The notes under the pieces: generated by a model | Seen by the model: the letters and a program-made list of their open reading frames with translations, nothing else | Database searches by the model: none | Told to the model about the DNA's origin: nothing | Shown here: in pieces, positions 8,020 to 18,437 of the stretch | Layout: the number at the start of each line of letters is the position of its first letter | Position numbering within the stretch: the first letter of the stretch is position 1 | Translations under genes and position numbers: made by a program | Source of the DNA: a virus | Strand: one strand, 5' to 3' | IMG/VR virus record: IMGVR_UViG_3300045988_132388 | Length of the DNA: 64,000 nucleotides

Positions 8020-8442
8020 ATGAACAAACGTACTATTCCGGCTATTATTACAGCCACGCTTGCAGTAGGCGCAACAGCCACTGCTCCCTATTATGACGTG
8101 AATATCACACAGCAGCTCTGTACTCCGGCTTGTGTGGACGAGACACCCGTGTTTACTCCCTCATTCTCGGTAAAGAGTATTGCAAAAGTGGGTACATCGC
8201 AATACCTTGTAGTACTCCATGTGGAAGGTGTTATCAACTATGTTCCGTGTAACTGTGGCACATGCTGCACTCGCTCGCAGATGGTAAGTCAAGATTTCAC
8301 CATTCCGGTATTCAGTGCTACCGACATCAATAGCGTCACACCTACCATCGGCGCGGTACAGAACGGTATCGCCAGGATTGCCTGCTGCTCATGCAGCAAG
8401 ACTTTCGTATCGGATGCACCCCTCACCTTAACCATCGCATAG
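8020..8442 (+). CDS. Cys-rich secreted/exported hypothetical protein
   Basis: 140 aa. N-terminal hydrophobic segment IPAIITATLAVGATATA. Cysteine clusters at CNCGTCC and ACCSCS. Confidence 0.6.
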   Translation: MNKRTIPAIITATLAVGATATAPYYDVNITQQLCTPACVDETPVFTPSFSVKSIAKVGTSQYLVVLHVEGVINYVPCNCGTCCTRSQMVSQDFTIPVFSATDINSVTPTIGAVQNGIARIACCSCSKTFVSDAPLTLTIA

Positions 8443-8443
8443 C

Positions 8444-8740
8444 ATGCCTATGTTCCTGTTGACAAGCATGATCCTGATGGTATCCGTGAATCTCATTCAC
8501 CATCTCGGACTGGCTCAGGCTGTTGCCGAGGTGGTGGATAAGATACTGGGATGCAGCCAATGCTTGACGTTCTGGAGCGTTATTGCCGGACTGACATATC
8601 TCGGTCAGGACATTATTACGGCGGTATTCCTTGCTATCACGATGGCTTACCTATCTAATTGGTTTGGACTGATATTATTGTATCTCCAAAGAAAATTCAC
8701 TACATTGTATGAAAGAGAAAAAGATAAAAAAGCAAGATGA
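8444..8740 (+). CDS. small multi-pass membrane protein
   Basis: 98 aa with about three hydrophobic helices and a basic C-terminus (EREKDKKAR). Starts 1 nt after the upstream stop. Confidence 0.6.
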   Translation: MPMFLLTSMILMVSVNLIHHLGLAQAVAEVVDKILGCSQCLTFWSVIAGLTYLGQDIITAVFLAITMAYLSNWFGLILLYLQRKFTTLYEREKDKKAR

Positions 8741-8855
8741 AAGTAAGCCAATGGAGAAATCTTCCGGCTTTCAACGGCATACAACATTCGCTACTTTGGT
8801 GCCGATAATTCCCAAATTCAAGGGCATCTGCCCTAATTGTTAAAACAAAAAGAAA

Positions 8856-9353
8856 ATGAAATACATTCAATTAATAGAACAGGCTCGCGCCACTGGAGTG
8901 GCGAACGAGAGTAAAATGAACGCGGCCATCGCGCAGATGTCGTGCGACCTTGAAAGCGTAAAGAACGAGAAACCAAACTTGTTTTGGCGTATTATGCGTC
9001 ATCAGCATGCTGTACTCTATGACCGCCACTACAGCGAGAAGTTTGCCAATCATGACGTGAATTGTCTGGAGTATGGTGAACCGGATGAAGAGGGTATGCC
9101 CACCCTGCATGGCGCACATTGGACACGTTCGCAGGTTATGGAAGCTACACGCGACCTTGAGTTTCATCCAAAGGTGAACAACTGGGACAAATATGTAGCC
9201 TTCAATGCCATGTACGCCGACCTCTGCACCGACATGAAAGAGGAAGAGATAATCACGGCAGCATACCTGTTTTACTTCCGTGATGCCGACTGGCAGACGG
9301 ATGATGATTGCACTAAGATATGGGATTACATGTCCTTACATGCAACAATGTAA
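8856..9353 (+). CDS. hypothetical protein
   Basis: 165-aa ORF followed by a hairpin at 9390-9428. Confidence 0.6.
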   Translation: MKYIQLIEQARATGVANESKMNAAIAQMSCDLESVKNEKPNLFWRIMRHQHAVLYDRHYSEKFANHDVNCLEYGEPDEEGMPTLHGAHWTRSQVMEATRDLEFHPKVNNWDKYVAFNAMYADLCTDMKEEEIITAAYLFYFRDADWQTDDDCTKIWDYMSLHATM

Positions 9354-9516
9354 AATGACTTTTTGCTAAAAAGAATAAAGCATCAAAAAAGTCCCTCGCG
9401 CCATTCATTATGCCGCAAAGGGACTTTCATTATGCAACAAAAAACTTATTTTATCTTTCTATTAGTATTTCTTTTTACTAATAAGTCTAACATAAGCGGA
9501 ATTTATCTACCTTTGT

Positions 9517-9524
9517 ATTCATAA
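9517..9524 (+). promoter_or_regulatory. Bacteroidota -7 box TACCTTTG
   Basis: Lies 33 nt upstream of the LysR-family start at 9557. Confidence 0.5.
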
Positions 9525-9556
9525 AACTTACATTCTTTCATTTAAAAACAATAACT

Positions 9557-10462
9557 ATGGAACTACGACATCTACGATCTTTTGTTTATGTGGCGGAAAC
9601 TCTTTCATTTTCTGTCGCCGCCGACCGATGTTGCGTCACGCAATCGGCAATCAGTCAACACATCAAAACCCTGGAGGAAGAGCTGGGATGCAAACTACTA
9701 ATTCGTACCTCGCACGACATTACGCTTACAGAATACGGCGAAGCTCTTTTGCCTCGCGCAAAGGACATACTAAAGCAGACCGCCGACTGTAAAGAACATA
9801 TACATGCACTAAACAACTGCATGACCGGTGAGTTGCGTATTGGTGTTGGTTCGTTTATCGCTCCATATATCCGCGAGGCTGCAATCATTTTTATGGAGCG
9901 TTACCCTAACGTAAGGCTTAATGCTGAAATGACAAAAGCCACCAGCCTGAACCATCTGTTACGCAACCACGAACTCGACATAGCGTTCACGATGAACACA
10001 GCATATAAGAATGAGGGTATTGAATCTATACCGTGCATACCCTTCCATATCTACGCCATAATGCGCAACACCCATCCATTGGCAAAACTGCCGGAGGTGT
10101 CATATAAGGATATGCTCTGCCACAGCGTTATTATGCCGGCTGTGGGGGAACGTGTGTTCAATACCTTTCAGCAATATATGCGACACGACCTTACGAAGCT
10201 CAACATCAAGTGTATAGTAAGTGATCCTGACGAAGACCTTGCTATCGTGGAGGAAAAACAAAGCATAACTTTTATGCCTAAGCTTTATCTGAAGAACCAC
10301 CCTACCCTCGTTGCCAAACCTATTGCTGAACTAAAGACAGCCCTTATGAGTAATGCTCACTATATGCAGGACGTGCCTCTCAAACGCTCCGCACAGATAT
10401 TCCTTGACATTATAAGACAAGAAGCAATACCATATATCCAGGAATTGGAGAAAACCTATTGA
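9557..10462 (+). CDS. LysR-family transcriptional regulator
   Basis: 301 aa. N-terminal MELRHLRSFVYVAETLSFSVAADRCCVTQSAISQHIKTLEEELGCKLLIR is the classic LysR HTH. The length fits a LysR substrate-binding domain. Confidence 0.9.
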   Translation: MELRHLRSFVYVAETLSFSVAADRCCVTQSAISQHIKTLEEELGCKLLIRTSHDITLTEYGEALLPRAKDILKQTADCKEHIHALNNCMTGELRIGVGSFIAPYIREAAIIFMERYPNVRLNAEMTKATSLNHLLRNHELDIAFTMNTAYKNEGIESIPCIPFHIYAIMRNTHPLAKLPEVSYKDMLCHSVIMPAVGERVFNTFQQYMRHDLTKLNIKCIVSDPDEDLAIVEEKQSITFMPKLYLKNHPTLVAKPIAELKTALMSNAHYMQDVPLKRSAQIFLDIIRQEAIPYIQELEKTY

Positions 10463-11007
10463 AGATGCGAGAAACGGCAGAGAAAAATGAACTTTACCGC
10501 TTCTCGTGAACATTTTTGCCCTCAAAAGTTCAAAAATGATTTCTACCCTATTGTTAATTTTCCTTTTATTGTTCAAAAACGCTCTATGGAGTTCACGTCG
10601 TGACCCCCATTTGACCGCTATTTGAATACTCTCAAAAAGGTTTTTTTTGCCTAATTTTCAACTACTTATTATATATAAAGTTCAAAAAATAAATTATTTT
10701 CTTGGTTTTCAGGAGCGTAAAGACAACAAAAAAATATAAAAATATAGAAATATATGGCGAAAAAACCTCTTTTTCGAGCCGTTTGCCTTTCCTCTTAACT
10801 ATCGAAAACGATTTGATTATCAGATGTTTACGGCATAGCCGTGAATGCTACTCACTTATTGTTTGAGGTCGGGGGATTTTGAAAAGGGCAAAATAAAAAT
10901 GGTCGGAAAATTTTAAAGTCAGTAGTGAAACGGGGAGATTTTTGGACTTTTGGACTTCTGTGGGCGAAAAAAGACGCGTTTTCGACGATGGAAGTCCACT
11001 AAAATAA

Positions 11008-11046
11008 AAGACCGTCACGTCATCACGACGGGGCGGTCTTTTTTAA
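11008..11046. terminator. bidirectional hairpin terminator
   Basis: AAAAGACCG...CGGTCTTTTTT, with A-run and T-run on either side. Lies between the converging LysR and tape-measure genes. Confidence 0.6.
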
Positions 11047-11087
11047 TGTTTGCTATATGAAAACTATCGAAATGTTCTTTTTGCGTT

Positions 11088-14000
11088 TTATGCCTTACCT
11101 TTCATAAACTGATAGGCTTTTGTCATGCTGTCATAGAGTTTACCACGGCCATACATATCTATTCTTGCCTCTATTGGCTCGTCGAGACGCACGAGGAGGG
11201 CTCGTACGGCTTGCAGGAGGGCTGCATTGCTGGCGACGCTTGCTGTCAACAGGTCGTCTGCCGCTGACGCGCCAGACGGGAGATTACCTATGGTCTCGCC
11301 AACGTTGCCATTATCAAATGCCCGGCGGGACGCGCTGCGTCCCGAATAGTTGCGGTCGTAATTGACGAGAGCCTTCAGAAGTTGCGGATTGTTCATCATC
11401 ATGGCTTGTGTGGTCTCGCGTCCGATTACCAATTCTGGGCCATTCTCGGCTACTAAGGATGGTTGGCCGTTGATGGTGGTGGCGGTAGGCTGTGTGAGGA
11501 GCGATACGCCATCGTGGGGCTTGTTGTCCTCTGTTGCCCAATAGAGACTGCCATCGTTGCCAACGAACGGTTTCAGGTCTTGCACGTTACCGGAATCGTA
11601 AGTAAGCATGCCGGAGACGATTTTGGTGTTTTTGCCGGAAGAAGATGTGTTTGCCTTATCACCTCCTCCAATCTTACTGATAGCAAAGTTGAGCAAGCCC
11701 ATAAGGGTAGCCATCATTGCACTAAAGGCGATTGGTCCGGCGATAGGTCCGAGAGTGCTGACACACCAGCCGAAGATACCTGCTGAACGAAGGGCTGCCA
11801 TTACTTGCTGATGAATACCTTCAAGTTGCTGTTCGGTCAAATGCGTTGCTTCATCCGCAGCTATCATTGCTTCCCCATTAGCTACCTGTCCTTGAACTTG
11901 TGCCGTACCGAACGCCTGCTGCATAAGGAGCAACTGCGTATAGTGAGCCGTGGTCTGCGCACGGTCTATTTGCTGTTGGCTTATCATCTGAAGGGTGTTG
12001 GTGGCAAACGCTTTTATCATCTGCTTTAAGGCTGTCTTCAATGCCTTGCGTCCTTCAGAAGCGTTTTCGGTCATAGTGGCAAAAGCATCGCCCACCGACT
12101 CGCCGAAGGTTTGCAACGGTCCCATGAAGGTAAGAAGTGAATTATACTGCTCAAACATATCTCCCGTGAGCTTCTTGGCATAGTTAGCCTGTTCTGCCAT
12201 GATTGACTTTCGGGCATCAGCAAGATGTAGCTCACTGGCGTTGTGCTCTTCGAGGAACCTATAATATCGCTCGGCAAACTCCATGCGAGCCTTCATTAGT
12301 TCAAGTTCAGGATCGGAAGCCTGTACCGACTCCATACCCATACGCTGACCGGCATTACGGTAGCCACCCTTGACTGCCACCTCTTGCTCTGCACCAGGTA
12401 GAGCTTTCTGATATTCCTTATAATAATCAGTCTTAGACCATCCGTAATCATTCAGTCTCTTGCGCTCGTCGTCGCCCTTCTTGCTTGCCGACTCGTATTC
12501 GTTGTTATACTTTATCAGTTCGAGATAAAGAGCCTTGAGATTTTGCGCCGAGAGTTTTGAAAAATCGAAGCCCTCATTTGCTACAGACAGGAACTGAAGG
12601 AACTGATTCTGAAATTCCTCGCTTTCCGGATTGAGACTATATAATACAGTAATAGACTCGCGTGCCTTAGTAGTCAGCTTGTCAAAAGCAACATTCATCT
12701 TTTCAAGACCTTCGGGAGAGTCGGTACGAATACCCGCGGCTGGCTGCAGGAAACCTAAGCGATCGAAATTGCTACGGGTGTTGCGGTCAACAGCACCTGT
12801 ATAGTCATGTTCGTTCAAGATCTTCTGTATCTCGCGCTGACGGGCAAGCAACTTCTCTGCTGCCTCGCGCAATTCCTTAGAGCCATTGGCAAATATCTGG
12901 TCGAGCAATGCGCCGAGGTTTTCTGCGAGAGTCTTATTGTTTTCGCGAGAGAGGTCGCCGGACAGTTTGGTGAACAATTTATGAAGTTCGCCCACATCCG
13001 CTTTGCCAATCAAATCGAGCAGTTGCTTAGAAGTTTCCTCATCGTAAACCATCACATCCTCGTCCATGTGGGAATAGAACTCTTTCCAGCCATCGCCAAG
13101 ATTAGTGATAGACTGGCGAGCCGTACCAAGAGCACGATCCATTTGCGATTGTAGATAATCCAACTGTTCCTTCTGCTGACCTTCACTAATCTTCTCCCCA
13201 TCGGCATTCATCTGAACCACCCATTCCAGGTATTTGCGCATTTGTTCCTCATAGAAAGCCTTGATATTAGCGATAAGCGCATTGGCACGGTCTTTTGCTA
13301 TGTTCTTTTCATCACGGTTAGGATTACCACCGGAACCAGTGTTTCCCCCACCTTTACCACCACCAACAATTTTTTCCTTTTTCTTGTCTTTCTTGTCATC
13401 AACAACAAGTTTTGCTCCAAATTCTTTATACAACGCATCCTCTTGTGCAACAATATCTTTATATTCGCGTAGAGCTTTATTACGCGCCCACTCTGCTGCA
13501 TACTTTTGCATCCGTTGTCCGATAGCACCGGATGCCTGTCCACCCATCGCAGCACCACCCGAAGTGACCGGTGTTGCTCCAAAATATTTTTTAGAAGACT
13601 TCGCAAGTTTTTTCGAGTCAAGAGAATATGTAGGGTTAGGTGTACCGGAAAAGGTATTCACATTAGTATTGGCATACGCTTCTGTCTTCTGCTGAAGTTT
13701 AAGGAAAGCATCCACTTTTTTACGTCCAAGTTCGGCAAGTTTAGAGCGAGCACCTTCCAGTTCATAGTAACTCTGCAAACGCGTGAAGTTTTTATCCCAA
13801 GCCTTAGTGTTCTCTTTAACAGCTCCTGTCTCTGAGTTAATCTTTGCGTTAAGGTTAGGAATAGCGCTATTCAACTTTTCCATAGCTTGACGACGAAGAG
13901 CCATAGAGGCTGTAGTATCGTGCATCACGTTGTGCAAACTCTTCAAGGATTCTTGCTCCTCCATAGCTCTGCGCTTACCTTCCTCTTGAACCTCATTGAG

Positions 14001-16556
14001 CACTCGCTGTCCTGCTGACACCTGATAAAGCGAAGCCGTCCACTGGGCAAGTTTCACAACAAGAACTCCAGCAAGACCAATAAGACCGCCCATCACACTC
14101 ATCTGTCCCACAAAAGATAACTTCTTGAAAGACGAAAACATCACATTCCAAGCGTTCGCAAGAGACATTGTTTTGCCAGTCAACCCAGTTGTAAGTTCTG
14201 CTAACTTAGCAAACGCACCGGCTACTCCTGCCGTACCCAACATAGTAACGAGCGTCGGCAACATACTAAGGAACAGCTTCATTGCGGTCATAAGCAGCAT
14301 AATAAGCATACGCACCTCGGTCATAAACGTAATGTTATGAACGAGAGCATCCACCATTTCATACCATGCCTTAGCCAAATCGCGCACCGGACCACTTGCA
14401 GCATCTGCCGAAACGAACTGCTTCTCAAAAAGGTTAGCGGCTCGTTCCATATATGCAGCAGCGGTCTCCTGCTGCATTTCATACTCCGTAGTAACAGCCG
14501 TACCCTCATTGAAAGCCTTGTTAGATTCAGTAACGGCCTTGTCGAGCATACCTACTTTTTCTGCCATCGTAACCATGACCTTAGTAAGACGAGCACCGTC
14601 CTCAGAACCAAGATCCTTGAAGAGAGAGTTTAGCGCAAACACGTTCTTGCTTTCGTGCATCTTATGGAATATAGTTTGAATGGCTTCCATACCTTTGCCT
14701 TCCTCAACCATCTTCTTCAACGATCCTTGCGCAATGCCAAGGTCTTTTTCTATTGAAGAAGTTCCCTTGCGCAACTCTACCACAAGTTTACCAAACGCAG
14801 TAGCTGCCACTTCGGGCTCAAGGGCCATGGAGTCTACAGCAGAACCGATAGCGAGAATGTCAGGTGTCGTAAGGGATGCTGCATCACCAAGCGCAAGCAA
14901 ACGGTTGGAGAAGTCAACGATTTTGCCCGAACTGGCCGTAGATGTAGATGCCAATCGGAAAATGGCAGAGCCAGTTCTCAGCATAGCATCTTCCACGCCA
15001 TACTTATCTATAAGGCCCGACACCTCAGTAATCTTAGCAAGAGCCGTTAACGCTTCAGCGCCCAAATCCTCTTTCAATGCGACGTTTACCTGGTCGGCGG
15101 CACGAACGAAACCTGCTAAATCTTTAGTTGTAACGCCAAGCTTAGCTCCCGCATAGGCCAAGTTGTTTAGCTCTTCTATGCTTGTACGGGTCTCAATTTT
15201 AGAAAGTTCCTTAGACAACTGAGCCACGTCTTCTTGTGAACTTAGCGCAACCTTGCGGATATTGGTAAGCTGTTCTGCAAACTTGGCGTTCAGACGAAAT
15301 ATATCAAAGAGATATGTCTTGAGCATATTGAACGCTGAAAACAATCCGACGTATGCCGTGAGGTTCTTCAGGGCTGTCTGCCATGCCCCGCCCTGCTTGT
15401 GTGCTGCGCCCGTCGCCTCGTCGATATTCTTCTTCAGCTCCTTCATCGACTTCTGTCTGTCAGCAAACTCCTTACTCTTGGTATTAATTTGGTTCAGTTC
15501 CTCTTCGAGTTGCTTGTAAGCACGACGCAGTTCGTCGAGAGAAGCCTTGCCTTGCTTGCTACGAGTGAGAATGTCGTTAAGAGCCATCTGCGACATGCGG
15601 GTACCCTTGAGGGTCTGTTCGAGCATGGAGTATTGGCGACGGAGGTCGGCTACATACTTGCTACCAGCGGGGAGTTGTTGTATCTTCTGTGCGATTACTT
15701 CCATCGTGCGCTTGATGTCTTCACCCGAAGCCTTGTTAGGTTCAGCCAATACCTGCTTCATCTGCTTCCAGCTCATTGATGCTTTCTGAGTCTTACCCGA
15801 CACAGCCTCTAATCGCTTCTCTATCTCCTGGAGCTCGCTGTTGTATTTTGCAATATCAGCCGAATTGCCTGTAGGTGTATTGTCGCGAGCCTCAGTAAGC
15901 GTAGACTTGGCTCGGCGCAAATCAGATGCCGAAGCGTTTTGACTGGTTACGGTCTGACGAGCCTCAGTTACGCTCATCTTACCCTTGCGTCTGTCCTCCT
16001 CGGCTTCAAGCTGCTTCAATGTGGCGAGATTCTGCTGATAGGACGCATCCGATTTTTGCAGCGAACCTACGAGGTCACGCTGTTGCTTGATGGCCTTGTC
16101 GAGCCATTGATCTGACTGGTTGGAGACATTCTTCAGACCATCAGCAATCTTGACGTACTGACCCTCTATAAGGCGTATCTCATCACCCACCTGCTTCATC
16201 TCGCTTCGTATCTGCTCTGCCCTTTTCAGGTCGGCATCCGAGCCGGTAAGTTTAGCGAGAGCCGACTTGCCAGAACCCATAGCGCGGCGCAGATCGCGGA
16301 GCTTAGTATTGGTGAGGTCTTGCACCACCTCGCCCAATCGTTTCGTGTCCTCGATATTGTCGCGCTGCACTTGCGAGAGAGCCTTTAGCGTGCGTTCAGC
16401 CTGCTTACACTCAGCCGTATTAGCCTGACCTGCGGCTGTCATCCTCTGAATGTCGGCAGTATATTTTTGCACAAGATTGTCAATCTCTTCCAACACCTTC
16501 TTGGCTGTAGAGGCATTGGCCGTGATTACTACTTTTGCTAATCTTTGTGTTGCCAT
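11088..16556 (-). CDS. tail tape measure protein (TP901-family core)
   Basis: 1822 aa with long coiled coils. The block NLAYAGAKLGVTTKDLAGFVRAADQVNVALKEDLG...ILAIGSAVDSMALEPEVAATAFGKLV resembles the TP901 tape-measure core. Has central hydrophobic segments. Confidence 0.85.
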   Translation of the reverse strand: MATQRLAKVVITANASTAKKVLEEIDNLVQKYTADIQRMTAAGQANTAECKQAERTLKALSQVQRDNIEDTKRLGEVVQDLTNTKLRDLRRAMGSGKSALAKLTGSDADLKRAEQIRSEMKQVGDEIRLIEGQYVKIADGLKNVSNQSDQWLDKAIKQQRDLVGSLQKSDASYQQNLATLKQLEAEEDRRKGKMSVTEARQTVTSQNASASDLRRAKSTLTEARDNTPTGNSADIAKYNSELQEIEKRLEAVSGKTQKASMSWKQMKQVLAEPNKASGEDIKRTMEVIAQKIQQLPAGSKYVADLRRQYSMLEQTLKGTRMSQMALNDILTRSKQGKASLDELRRAYKQLEEELNQINTKSKEFADRQKSMKELKKNIDEATGAAHKQGGAWQTALKNLTAYVGLFSAFNMLKTYLFDIFRLNAKFAEQLTNIRKVALSSQEDVAQLSKELSKIETRTSIEELNNLAYAGAKLGVTTKDLAGFVRAADQVNVALKEDLGAEALTALAKITEVSGLIDKYGVEDAMLRTGSAIFRLASTSTASSGKIVDFSNRLLALGDAASLTTPDILAIGSAVDSMALEPEVAATAFGKLVVELRKGTSSIEKDLGIAQGSLKKMVEEGKGMEAIQTIFHKMHESKNVFALNSLFKDLGSEDGARLTKVMVTMAEKVGMLDKAVTESNKAFNEGTAVTTEYEMQQETAAAYMERAANLFEKQFVSADAASGPVRDLAKAWYEMVDALVHNITFMTEVRMLIMLLMTAMKLFLSMLPTLVTMLGTAGVAGAFAKLAELTTGLTGKTMSLANAWNVMFSSFKKLSFVGQMSVMGGLIGLAGVLVVKLAQWTASLYQVSAGQRVLNEVQEEGKRRAMEEQESLKSLHNVMHDTTASMALRRQAMEKLNSAIPNLNAKINSETGAVKENTKAWDKNFTRLQSYYELEGARSKLAELGRKKVDAFLKLQQKTEAYANTNVNTFSGTPNPTYSLDSKKLAKSSKKYFGATPVTSGGAAMGGQASGAIGQRMQKYAAEWARNKALREYKDIVAQEDALYKEFGAKLVVDDKKDKKKEKIVGGGKGGGNTGSGGNPNRDEKNIAKDRANALIANIKAFYEEQMRKYLEWVVQMNADGEKISEGQQKEQLDYLQSQMDRALGTARQSITNLGDGWKEFYSHMDEDVMVYDEETSKQLLDLIGKADVGELHKLFTKLSGDLSRENNKTLAENLGALLDQIFANGSKELREAAEKLLARQREIQKILNEHDYTGAVDRNTRSNFDRLGFLQPAAGIRTDSPEGLEKMNVAFDKLTTKARESITVLYSLNPESEEFQNQFLQFLSVANEGFDFSKLSAQNLKALYLELIKYNNEYESASKKGDDERKRLNDYGWSKTDYYKEYQKALPGAEQEVAVKGGYRNAGQRMGMESVQASDPELELMKARMEFAERYYRFLEEHNASELHLADARKSIMAEQANYAKKLTGDMFEQYNSLLTFMGPLQTFGESVGDAFATMTENASEGRKALKTALKQMIKAFATNTLQMISQQQIDRAQTTAHYTQLLLMQQAFGTAQVQGQVANGEAMIAADEATHLTEQQLEGIHQQVMAALRSAGIFGWCVSTLGPIAGPIAFSAMMATLMGLLNFAISKIGGGDKANTSSSGKNTKIVSGMLTYDSGNVQDLKPFVGNDGSLYWATEDNKPHDGVSLLTQPTATTINGQPSLVAENGPELVIGRETTQAMMMNNPQLLKALVNYDRNYSGRSASRRAFDNGNVGETIGNLPSGASAADDLLTASVASNAALLQAVRALLVRLDEPIEARIDMYGRGKLYDSMTKAYQFMKGKA

Positions 16557-16578
16557 TGTTATTATTGTTTTTGTGTTG

Positions 16579-17106
16579 TTAGAGTGTGATATGAATATCC
16601 GAATTCTCGAAAGCCTTAATTATCTGTGCTTCGCCTTGGTAGCCGTAGAAATCAACGAGATAGTTTTGCATACGTGTCTGCAGGTGTCGAAGCTCCATCA
16701 TAATGGCAGGACGCTGTGACCGACCCGCTCCATAGCGTTTCCATGAACGGACGTAGCGTCTTGCGTAGTTGGCCTTTCGTGCGCTATCCACATCGTTGTA
16801 CTTAGTACCGAGACCTACACCCATATCTACAAAGCGCATATAGTCGTTGTAGGTAAACTCGTAGGTCCAGCCTTCGGGAGTGTCGTTCACAATCCTGCCT
16901 TGGAAAGAGTTTACGCCCACTCCTTCGGCGTGCCATTGACCGCGTGCCGCACGAGCCGCATTGACTGCTCTGAATCCGCTATAGATTTCCTTCGGATAGA
17001 TACATTGCGTCTCGGTGTTAATCTTGAGCTGACGCAGAACGTCGCCAAGATACCAACGTGCGGTGTCTTGAAGGTCGAAGGCGGGAGATTGAATAGCTTT
17101 AGCCAT
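16579..17106 (-). CDS. hypothetical protein (position of a tail assembly/tail protein)
   Basis: 175-aa ORF immediately upstream of the tape measure. No slippery frameshift site seen. Confidence 0.6.
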   Translation of the reverse strand: MAKAIQSPAFDLQDTARWYLGDVLRQLKINTETQCIYPKEIYSGFRAVNAARAARGQWHAEGVGVNSFQGRIVNDTPEGWTYEFTYNDYMRFVDMGVGLGTKYNDVDSARKANYARRYVRSWKRYGAGRSQRPAIMMELRHLQTRMQNYLVDFYGYQGEAQIIKAFENSDIHITL

Positions 17107-17117
17107 ACCCTACCCTC

Positions 17118-17708
17118 CTATCCTTTCGTGTTGTCCTTTGGCACGATATACTTGCCGTTGCTGCCACACGCGAAGTTGTAGAGCGGTTGCAGGCTCTTCC
17201 AATCCATGCCCACTACGAGCCATTGTCCGGCATAGATGTCGCCCACCAAACCGAAGGAGATGGAACTGGTGTCGATGCTTTGCAACTCTGCCATCACCAC
17301 GGCATCGTCGGCAAAACTGCGCTTTGTGACGGGGCAGCGGCCTGTGCGTTTCACCTCAAGAAGCCACGACACGAGGTCTTTACAATAGTCCTTCAGACTT
17401 TCGGCTGTCTGTTCTATCTTGCGACCGTCGTAACGGCCAAGGGTCTGCGGTGTGTCTTTTACTTTAGCGAGAAACCACACCTGCTGAGAGACAGATGCCT
17501 TCTTTGCGTCAACGAGTTCGCCAGTGGTAATGATACTGTATAGCATGCAGGGCGAGTGTATGATGTTGGCGTTACGGGAAAAGATGTTCTCAAGGTCGAT
17601 GTAGCGGATGCGGAAGAAACTCTGGTCTTCGAGGCGTTCGCTTTCGGGTTTATGAGAAAGGGGCTTGTAAATGGAAGCCCAATGCTCAAGAATGTTGCTT
17701 ATTGTCAT
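17118..17708 (-). CDS. hypothetical protein
   Basis: 196-aa ORF in the same operon. Confidence 0.6.
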   Translation of the reverse strand: MTISNILEHWASIYKPLSHKPESERLEDQSFFRIRYIDLENIFSRNANIIHSPCMLYSIITTGELVDAKKASVSQQVWFLAKVKDTPQTLGRYDGRKIEQTAESLKDYCKDLVSWLLEVKRTGRCPVTKRSFADDAVVMAELQSIDTSSISFGLVGDIYAGQWLVVGMDWKSLQPLYNFACGSNGKYIVPKDNTKG

Positions 17709-17748
17709 AGTGCTATATATTTATTAACCGCAGAATACGCAGAAACTC

Positions 17749-18279
17749 TTATTTTGCTGACTCATCCGATGTTTCCGATGCTTCAGCTTCCTCCTTATCC
17801 TTCATCAGCTCTTTCAGCTTCACGTTGAAGTGTCGCTCGGTCTTGTCTGCCACAATCTTTTGCAGCACTCTTGCCCAAGCCGCTCCGTTGCAGGTGCTCT
17901 CGTTCTCAAGTATGCTGACGAACTGTACGAGGCAGTACATGGCGGTGAGCTGGTTGGCGAGGTGGGTGTTCATATAGCCCAACACGTTGCGGTCGAGATA
18001 CGAGGCGAGGCAAATGCACATGATGAGCACAGAAAAGGTCCACACCATCTTTGCCATCTTCTTGGAGCGCAGCTTACCATCCATCTTGCACTTTGGGTTG
18101 CGCTTGATGGCTTCGCGGTATCTTTGGTAGATGCGTCGGTTGCACCGCCACGCCGTGTAGCAGTCGATGATGAGAGCGAAGAAGCACACGGTGATAAAAT
18201 TGATCGAGGGCTCTATGTGAACCCACAGCAAGCCGAGCACTGCGGCAATGGCTCGCGAGATGTAGAAGGGGTTGTTCAT
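17749..18279 (-). CDS. holin-like membrane protein (phage_holin_4-like), tentative
   Basis: 176 aa with several TM helices. FVSILENESTCNG resembles the S-I-x-EN block of the holin 4 family as remembered. Confidence 0.5.
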   Translation of the reverse strand: MNNPFYISRAIAAVLGLLWVHIEPSINFITVCFFALIIDCYTAWRCNRRIYQRYREAIKRNPKCKMDGKLRSKKMAKMVWTFSVLIMCICLASYLDRNVLGYMNTHLANQLTAMYCLVQFVSILENESTCNGAAWARVLQKIVADKTERHFNVKLKELMKDKEEAEASETSDESAK

Positions 18280-18409
18280 TTTTGTGTTGTGTTTTATGTG
18301 TTGTTGTTCTGAATTTTATACACAAAGTTACTGATAAACTGCTACGCACAGCGGACATGGTGGGGTGCGTGGAGATGGGGTATGTCCGTATGGGGAAGAA
18401 AGAATATCG

Positions 18410-18417
18410 TAACTTTG
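18410..18417 (+). promoter_or_regulatory. Bacteroidota -7 box TAACTTTG
   Basis: Lies 21 nt upstream of the ATG at 18438. Confidence 0.45.
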
Positions 18418-18437
18418 GCTACATAAAACACAACACT

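Noticed and set aside
16579-17708. Tail assembly chaperone pair with a programmed -1 frameshift upstream of the tape measure
   Set aside because: The two ORFs are separated by 11 nt, do not overlap, and show no slippery heptamer. I left them as hypothetical.
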